Part shown: piece by piece, positions 58,109 through 64,000 of the stretch
Layout: each line of letters starts with the position of its first letter
Position numbering within the stretch: the stretch's first letter is position 1
DNA from: Calditrichia bacterium
Lineage (GTDB): Bacteria > Calditrichota > Calditrichia > RBG-13-44-9 > J075
DNA: 64,000 nt
Direction of reading: 5' to 3'
Assembly: GCA_050633245.1 (NCBI GenBank)
Contig: JBOEGD010000011.1
Location: 128,001 to 192,000 of the forward strand
Made by a program: the position numbers and the translations under genes
The notes under the pieces: model-generated
Databases searched by the model: none
Seen by the model: only the letters and a program-made list of their open reading frames with translations
Told to the model about the DNA's origin: nothing

Positions 58109-59662
58109 TTACGGATAAACGTAGGAAGCGTCGAATCCTAATGGAATACCGAGCACTAACCAGTATATCAATAAGAAGATCGTCCAAATAATCAGGAAGA
58201 CGATTGAGTAAGGAAGCATGATTGAAACCAGCGTACCGATTCCGGTGTTCTTCACGTAACGCTGACAATAAACTACAACCAGCGGGAAATACGGCATCAA
58301 TGGCGTGATTATGTTTGTCGAGGAATCTCCAACACGATAGGCTGCCTGGGTCAGATCCGGTGAAATTCCAAGCTCCATTAGCATCGGAACAAAAATAGGG
58401 CTGAGCATTGCCCATTTTGCGGAAGCTGAACCAACGAACAGATTGACAAATCCTGTCAGGAATACAATCCCAACAATTGTAACGCTACTTGGCAGTGCGA
58501 GTGCCTTTAAGGCCGTAGCTCCTTTGATTGCCAGTAGAGCACCAATGTTTGAACTTGCAAACGCATTGATAAACAGGGCACAGAAAAAAGCCATTACGAT
58601 GTAGTAACTCATATCCGTCATAGCTTTTGTCATCGAGTCTATCATGTCTTTGGACTTTTTAAACGTGCCTGCCACAAATCCATAGATCGCTCCGGGAATA
58701 AAAAAGAGCAGAAAAATAAGCGGTACGATAGACTGCATTAGCGGGGCGCGAAAGTTTTCCCATTGTCCCTGATACCGCATCGGTGAATCTTCCGGAAGAG
58801 TTACCAGGACCAGAACTACGATTCCAGCTAACATTGCCGTTGTGGCTGCCCAAAAAGCCTTCATGTCCCGGGCATCCATGCTTTCTAAGTCAGTAGGTTC
58901 TTCCACGTCTGAGTCAACAGGGTTGGATGAGAGACGCGGTTCGATGACCTTATCGGTCAGGAACCACCCTAATGCGATAATAAGAATGCTTGATATGGCC
59001 GTGAAGAAATAGTTGTTGAGGGGATTGAGAATCATCTCCGGATTCATGATTTGTGCCGCCGACTGTGTAAATCCCTGAAGTAGAGGATCAATTCCGGACG
59101 GGACAAAGTTTGCGCTGAATCCCCCGGAAACCCCGGCAAATGCTGCGGCTATTCCAGCAAGGGGGTGCCTGCCCGCAGCATAAAAGATAACGCCGCCAAG
59201 TGGTATTACTAAGACGTATCCGGCATCCGTTGCGGTGTGACTGACAATACCGACCAAAATAAGAACCGGTGTAAGAAGTGCAGCCGGAGTAAATTTTAGC
59301 AACAGCTTAATTCCCGTGTTGATATATCCGGAGTGCTCTGCAACGCCAACACCAAGCATCGCTACCAAGACCACACCAAGTGGTGCAAAACCGGTAAACG
59401 TTTTTACCATATTGGACAGGAACTCGGCTAGCTTCGATCCGGTAAGCAGGTTTACGATCTCAATGGGAGAGCCCGATCGTGGATCAATATCAGAAAACGT
59501 AAGGCCGGATAGCATTGCTGAAAGCGCCCAGACGACCAGAAGAAGGATGAGGAATAACAAGGCTGGATCGGGTAGCTTGTTCCCCACAAACTCAATGGTG
59601 TTTAGAAAGCGATCGACAAGGCTCGATTGACCGCCTTTTTTCGCATTATTGCTTTGGGACAT
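58109..59662 (-). CDS. abgT: AbgT family transporter
   Basis: 'GNKLPDP', 'FTGFAPLG', 'GRHPLAG', 'GGFSAN', 'GSASAKW', 'YRVGDSSTNIITP'. Confidence 0.92.
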   Translation of the reverse strand: MSQSNNAKKGGQSSLVDRFLNTIEFVGNKLPDPALLFLILLLVVWALSAMLSGLTFSDIDPRSGSPIEIVNLLTGSKLAEFLSNMVKTFTGFAPLGVVLVAMLGVGVAEHSGYINTGIKLLLKFTPAALLTPVLILVGIVSHTATDAGYVLVIPLGGVIFYAAGRHPLAGIAAAFAGVSGGFSANFVPSGIDPLLQGFTQSAAQIMNPEMILNPLNNYFFTAISSILIIALGWFLTDKVIEPRLSSNPVDSDVEEPTDLESMDARDMKAFWAATTAMLAGIVVLVLVTLPEDSPMRYQGQWENFRAPLMQSIVPLIFLLFFIPGAIYGFVAGTFKKSKDMIDSMTKAMTDMSYYIVMAFFCALFINAFASSNIGALLAIKGATALKALALPSSVTIVGIVFLTGFVNLFVGSASAKWAMLSPIFVPMLMELGISPDLTQAAYRVGDSSTNIITPLMPYFPLVVVYCQRYVKNTGIGTLVSIMLPYSIVFLIIWTIFLLIYWLVLGIPLGFDASYVYP

Positions 59663-59861
59663 GGAAAAACTCCATTTTTATTGTATTCAAGTTTCGGTTA
59701 GACCTTCGATGATACGCATTTTCAGTCTAAAAAAGAATAGAGCATGGAATTTTTCTGTTCAATAATTAGTGAAAGGAGCCTTTTCTTCGGTGGGGATGTC
59801 ACTTTCCACACGAGTGTGGATCAAAATACGCAGAAGCGTAGGTTGTTATTTGCCAAAAGGT

Positions 59862-60173
59862 CTATTGGGCATTCAAAACCGGATCGAGAAAGTGTCGTTC
59901 GTAGCTCAAAAAACATCGTGTTTTTTTGGCATAGGCTACGGCCTTCATACAGTCCGCATCAACTGCTGCGTCATTGCGATACGTTTCGTATTCCGCGAGT
60001 GAATTAAAAGTGAACAGTGCGACAGCCAAATCGGATTCGCTTTCCTTGGGTAGAAAATAGCCGTGGTGCACGCCGCCAAATTTTTCAACCAGCGGAATCC
60101 ACATTTCTGCATAGCGACGAAATTCATCGAGCTTGTACATATCGATCTTGTAGCGAAGAAAACAGGTGATCAT
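59862..60173 (-). CDS. NIPSNAP family protein
   Basis: 'ITCFLRY.ID', 'GGVHHGYFLP', 'F.SLAEYE.YR', 'ER.FL.P'. Confidence 0.85.
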   Translation of the reverse strand: MITCFLRYKIDMYKLDEFRRYAEMWIPLVEKFGGVHHGYFLPKESESDLAVALFTFNSLAEYETYRNDAAVDADCMKAVAYAKKTRCFLSYERHFLDPVLNAQ

Positions 60174-60266
60174 ATTTTATGTTCCTGAATTTGAAATTTA
60201 TTCCCCAAGATATGGCTTTCTAATGAGCTTAGCATGAACATATTTCCAAAGGTGGTTTGGTGAAGT

Positions 60267-61490
60267 TTACTCTGGAATCTTGACGTTCTTCTTGAGAAGC
60301 TTATTTAGTTTTTTTGCTGAGGGAATTTCACGAAAGGTGAAACCGTTTTGTTGAAAATAAGATGATTCCTCAAGCTGTGGTGCAAGCTGCTTGTCTTTTG
60401 CCAGCTTGGTTGCCACGCCGATCAGTAAATTGAATTCACCGGCTTGTTCCAAGTTGTGCAGACGATCTATCAGCTGAGTTGAATGCCAGGCGTGAAAAAG
60501 TTCAAGGGCATAAAACTCTCCGCTACTATGAATAAACTCGTAGTCCGGGAAGCAGTAACGGTCACCTGGAAGTGGAAAAAAATCTTCGGCCGCGCGAATT
60601 TTCCAGTCCGACTTGATCGTATCAAATGCAGTTTGGAGCAAGCCTATTTCTTTAGGGATATAGTCCAGAAATCGACTTACATAGGGTTTCAATCCACTGG
60701 TGTGATCAATACTCAACCTGGAACTTTTGCGTCGTCCGATTTGAATGTGGGCTTCCAGCTTCCAGGCGGGTTGGGCAAGTACGGCAGGGAAAAACATTGC
60801 CAGACTTAACCCGTATTTCTTGGTCTGATAAAACAGGTTAAGCGGCCCATCGATGTGAATTTTATATCCACTGTCCGTTTTGCTAATGGATGCAAGCAGC
60901 TGCTGAAAACGTAAATACTTGAACAGCTGTCGCAGCGATCCGGTGCGCGATTGCGGCAACGTGATTTCCAGCTTGGACGAGTGAATTAACAGTCCCTGAA
61001 CCTGGGCGCAATTGTAGCGCTGCAATAATTTATCGGGGGTGATAGACTTAATTCTTTTAACGGTTTGCTGCGAAGGCAGGTCTCCGTACAGCTGTTGTCG
61101 AATAATTGTAATTGGAAGGTTAAGCTGTGTGCTGAGATGTGTAGTGTAGCTTTCCAGATTTAGATCGCTGTGCGAGCTTAGTAACTGTGACCCCGCCCTC
61201 AAGATCTCCTCCCGAAATTGGGGTAGTTCTGTGCCGGCTTCGCTGTCGAACTCAAGGCGATCCATGAGCAGTTTTTCAAACCCTCGAGCCACTAAATTTC
61301 CAACAGTTGAGTTCTCGCGAATGGCGGCGCTACGCTGCAAAACAGCCTCTCGGCTCGAGCCTGTTGAGGTTTTGAAGAGCTCGACTAACTGACCAGCGAG
61401 TTTGAGTAAGTTTGGATTCTCGGGGTTTACGAAGGTCGGAGAGATATTGCCCTTGCTGTTTTTATAGCGAATCAGGTCCTTTGTAAGCAC
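60267..61490 (-). CDS. DUF790 / Bax1-like endonuclease
   Basis: Probable GTG start 'MLTKDL'; 'LYGDL', 'YN.AQVQGLL', 'DGP.NLF..T.KYG..LA.FFP', nuclease 'PDYEF...LELF..W'; overlaps XPB gene. Confidence 0.85.
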   Translation of the reverse strand: MLTKDLIRYKNSKGNISPTFVNPENPNLLKLAGQLVELFKTSTGSSREAVLQRSAAIRENSTVGNLVARGFEKLLMDRLEFDSEAGTELPQFREEILRAGSQLLSSHSDLNLESYTTHLSTQLNLPITIIRQQLYGDLPSQQTVKRIKSITPDKLLQRYNCAQVQGLLIHSSKLEITLPQSRTGSLRQLFKYLRFQQLLASISKTDSGYKIHIDGPLNLFYQTKKYGLSLAMFFPAVLAQPAWKLEAHIQIGRRKSSRLSIDHTSGLKPYVSRFLDYIPKEIGLLQTAFDTIKSDWKIRAAEDFFPLPGDRYCFPDYEFIHSSGEFYALELFHAWHSTQLIDRLHNLEQAGEFNLLIGVATKLAKDKQLAPQLEESSYFQQNGFTFREIPSAKKLNKLLKKNVKIPE

Positions 61491-62847
61491 GGTGCTGCCT
61501 TCTGCGTTTGTTGACGAATTGCTCACCGGTTTTGTGTGAGATTAATTCGTAAAGCATTGCTTGTTTTTCGGGACGAGCTCTAAGAATCCTGCCAAGACGC
61601 TGCACATGTTCTCTTACGCTTCCGCTGCCCGATACGATAATGGCCACATTGGCTTCCGGTACATCTACGCCTTCGTTTAAAACCTTTGATGTAACTAAAA
61701 CGGAATAGCTGCCATCGCGAAAGTTGCTCAAAAATGCTTCTCGTTCTTTCACCTTGGTGTAATGCGTTAATACTGGCAAGATAAACTTCTTGCCGATGCG
61801 ATAGGCCATTTCATTGTCCTGCGTAAAGACGATGATTCGTTCTTTGCGATGCTTTACAAGAAGCTCCCATACGACATCGAGCTTAGCACTTGCGGCCTGG
61901 CTCAACTTTTTTTGAGTGAGATAGGCCTTGTATGCTCGACGTCCCTCCTTGCTGCGGCTGGATTTCCATAGAAATAGATTCCAGCCATTTGGTCCTGCCA
62001 TACTGATTTTTTCACGTTTGAGGAAGTCGATATAGGTTTGTCGCTCGCGGTCATATTCTTCACGCTCGTCCGGATTCATTTCAATCTGGATTGTTTCGAC
62101 CTCGTAAGGTGCCAACGTTCCGCCTGTCATTTCCCGAATGTCTGCCTGATAGCAAAGGTCACCTACCAGTTGATAGAGCAGTTCCTCTTTCCCGTCCGCA
62201 CGCTCTGGTGTTGCCGTCAATCCCAGACGAAAAGGTGCAATATTACTAAGAGCCGTGTATTGGAACTGTGCTCCGGGCAGATGATGGCATTCATCAAAAA
62301 TCACGAATCCGAAACGGTTTCCCTTACTTTGAACATGAAGTAATGCAGAGTCGTATGTCGCTACTGTGATATCATGAGTTTCATTATAGCCGCCACCCCA
62401 AAGACCAATGTCCCGTTTGAAATAGTGCGTTAATACCTCATGCCATTGCTGCATTAAATCGATCGTTGGAACGTGAACCAGCGTCGGTCTTCCAACCCGG
62501 GCCATCAGCATAACGGCAAGAATAGTCTTCCCTGCGCCGGTTGGTAGTGCAATCACGCCGAGCATATCATTATCCATCCAGGCCTGCAGCGCAATTTTCT
62601 GATGTTTGCGCGGTTCAATTTTGTTTTGAAGAGGCAAGTCGATAGTAGAATACCCCCGGGCCTGATCATCAACATCGGCTCCGAAATGATTGAGGCCCAG
62701 AATAATCTGGCGATATTCATGTGCCGGTGCTCTAAACTGACGCGTTCGGTTATCCCATTGGATGTTGTGCTTGCCTGAAAGCTCCTTTGGCGGATCGTTA
62801 AGAATCAACGTTCCTTTATCAAAAAAAAGAGTAGTTTTTTTGGTCAT
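61462..62847 (-). CDS. XPB/Rad25-like SF2 helicase
   Basis: N-terminal DRD-like 'WDNR...FRAPA', 'LPTGAGKT', 'DECHH', 'GLTATPER', 'EGVDVP', 'QRLGRILR'. Confidence 0.9.
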   Translation of the reverse strand: MTKKTTLFFDKGTLILNDPPKELSGKHNIQWDNRTRQFRAPAHEYRQIILGLNHFGADVDDQARGYSTIDLPLQNKIEPRKHQKIALQAWMDNDMLGVIALPTGAGKTILAVMLMARVGRPTLVHVPTIDLMQQWHEVLTHYFKRDIGLWGGGYNETHDITVATYDSALLHVQSKGNRFGFVIFDECHHLPGAQFQYTALSNIAPFRLGLTATPERADGKEELLYQLVGDLCYQADIREMTGGTLAPYEVETIQIEMNPDEREEYDRERQTYIDFLKREKISMAGPNGWNLFLWKSSRSKEGRRAYKAYLTQKKLSQAASAKLDVVWELLVKHRKERIIVFTQDNEMAYRIGKKFILPVLTHYTKVKEREAFLSNFRDGSYSVLVTSKVLNEGVDVPEANVAIIVSGSGSVREHVQRLGRILRARPEKQAMLYELISHKTGEQFVNKRRRQHRAYKGPDSL

Positions 62848-63018
62848 GAGCGTGGCCGATTTGGTGATAAAAAAAATCAGACTGGAGCATTCTCATAATG
62901 GAGCAGTCTTTGTGAGCTGGACGGGTACTATCTATTCCTTATATCTCAGCAAATTTTGAAATATTTTTTAAAAAGGTTACTACAATCTAGGTGGGAAGAG
63001 GCTGAAGCGCAAGTGAAT

Positions 63019-64000
63019 CTAATAGGAAAAGCCAAGCCGTTTCAGGCGGTTCTGTTTTAATGCATTGCCCAAAAAGCCAAACTGAAAGCGTAAAGTGATA
63101 ACGTTGCCGGAAAGATCGCTGCCGCCGGTATTGTTGTAGTCTACGATGTGATAGCGAAGCTGAAAATTTATATAAAGCGATTGAAATGGTGGGACGTAAT
63201 AACGATACCCAATGCCGCCGTTTATGTTGAAAGCAAAAATAGATTTCCCGCCTTCACCATTGACATTGCGCTTTATGGTGTCGAAGCCATCCAGGCCAAT
63301 GCCGCTTAATATTTCAACCTCGTTGCGGCCGCGACGATACAACTCGCGGCTGAGTTCAAGTCCCATAAAGGCGCCGATGAAGTGATTGCTTTCGACAATC
63401 TCGCCGGCATCGGTTTGAACCAAGTAGCTGGATGGGGTTTCCCGAAACTTACTGATTGCTGTTAAATTGAACATAAATTGTCGGTATTTTGCTCCAACGG
63501 TAAATCCAGCCATCGGGTGAGAGCCGACAATCTTTAGATTGCCGCCCGGATTCCAGCGACCCACTGAGAGTCCAATATGGAAATCAATTTGATCGCGAAC
63601 TGCTGAGACCGCGCGATCATAATATTCGCGAACTGCTGAGTGTTCATATTCCTCGTCTAGAATATGTTTTGTGACATCCTGAACTCTGTTTGCATAAATC
63701 TTGCAAAGTAATTTCGCACTGCCGCTAAGCTTTAGGCTGTCTAAAGCATGCTGTGCCATCGTTTGGGTATAGTGATTGAAGCCTTCGTATAAATAGTGTA
63801 TTTCTCTTGGTACGCCATCTATTGGGTAGTGAACAGAATACCAGGGTGCCTCTGATAGCTCATCGGATAGACGCATTTTGTTCTCATATTCTGTCAGAAA
63901 CCAGATGATGCGTTCGTCGAAAACGTCCTCAGTAAACCTCCCTTCCTGTAGTGAATGAAGAATTATAAAGCGCTGTAGGGGCTCAATCATCCCAGCTTCA
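63019..64000 (-). CDS. Hypothetical protein with C-terminal outer-membrane beta-barrel-like region (probably 5' truncated by window)
   Basis: Frame open to window edge; C-terminal alternating strands 'FNINGGIGYRYY', 'FQLRYHIVDY', 'LRFQFG'. Confidence 0.55.
   Translation of the reverse strand, partial: EAGMIEPLQRFIILHSLQEGRFTEDVFDERIIWFLTEYENKMRLSDELSEAPWYSVHYPIDGVPREIHYLYEGFNHYTQTMAQHALDSLKLSGSAKLLCKIYANRVQDVTKHILDEEYEHSAVREYYDRAVSAVRDQIDFHIGLSVGRWNPGGNLKIVGSHPMAGFTVGAKYRQFMFNLTAISKFRETPSSYLVQTDAGEIVESNHFIGAFMGLELSRELYRRGRNEVEILSGIGLDGFDTIKRNVNGEGGKSIFAFNINGGIGYRYYVPPFQSLYINFQLRYHIVDYNNTGGSDLSGNVITLRFQFGFLGNALKQNRLKRLGFSY

Noticed and set aside
1-64000. Mobile elements, prophage, tRNA/rRNA, toxin-antitoxin, reverse transcriptase/DGR
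   Set aside because: No transposase, integrase, RT, phage or tRNA signatures seen by eye; small diverged elements could have been missed

Overview
A gene-dense 64 kb bacterial chromosomal segment with about 41 CDS. I saw no rRNA, tRNA, CRISPR array, transposase, integrase or prophage. FlgD-Ig-type C-terminal 'NYPNPFNPSTTI' domains, a PorV-like barrel and a sigma54-activator/lptE/TPR cluster suggest an FCB-group organism such as Calditrichota or KSB1 (inference). Contents in order: end of a polysaccharide locus (Wzc-type kinase tail, ugd, UDP-GlcNAc dehydrogenase); tamB-Omp85-NT5C; an orphan TRAP SBP; mutY, prs, suhB, pgm; two tandem secreted S8 proteases separated by a structured GGA-rich spacer; MBL hydrolase-queG; S9B peptidase-RqcH; an HK/NtrC-type/single-domain RR module with two readable sigma54 promoters; PorV-like; exonuclease-DinG; headless bEBP-lptE-acidic TPR; a kinase-less TPR sensor; hpnCDE without shc; two output-less sensors; LPS glycosyltransferases; tesA/ybbAP; DAGK, SDR, AbgT, NIPSNAP; and an archaeal-type XPB-Bax1 pair. 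Best leads: the sigma54 circuit, the cluster of input-only/output-only signalling proteins, the putative structured RNA between the proteases, XPB-Bax1, and hpnCDE without a cyclase. None is shown to be novel without database searches. All calls come from reading motifs by eye.
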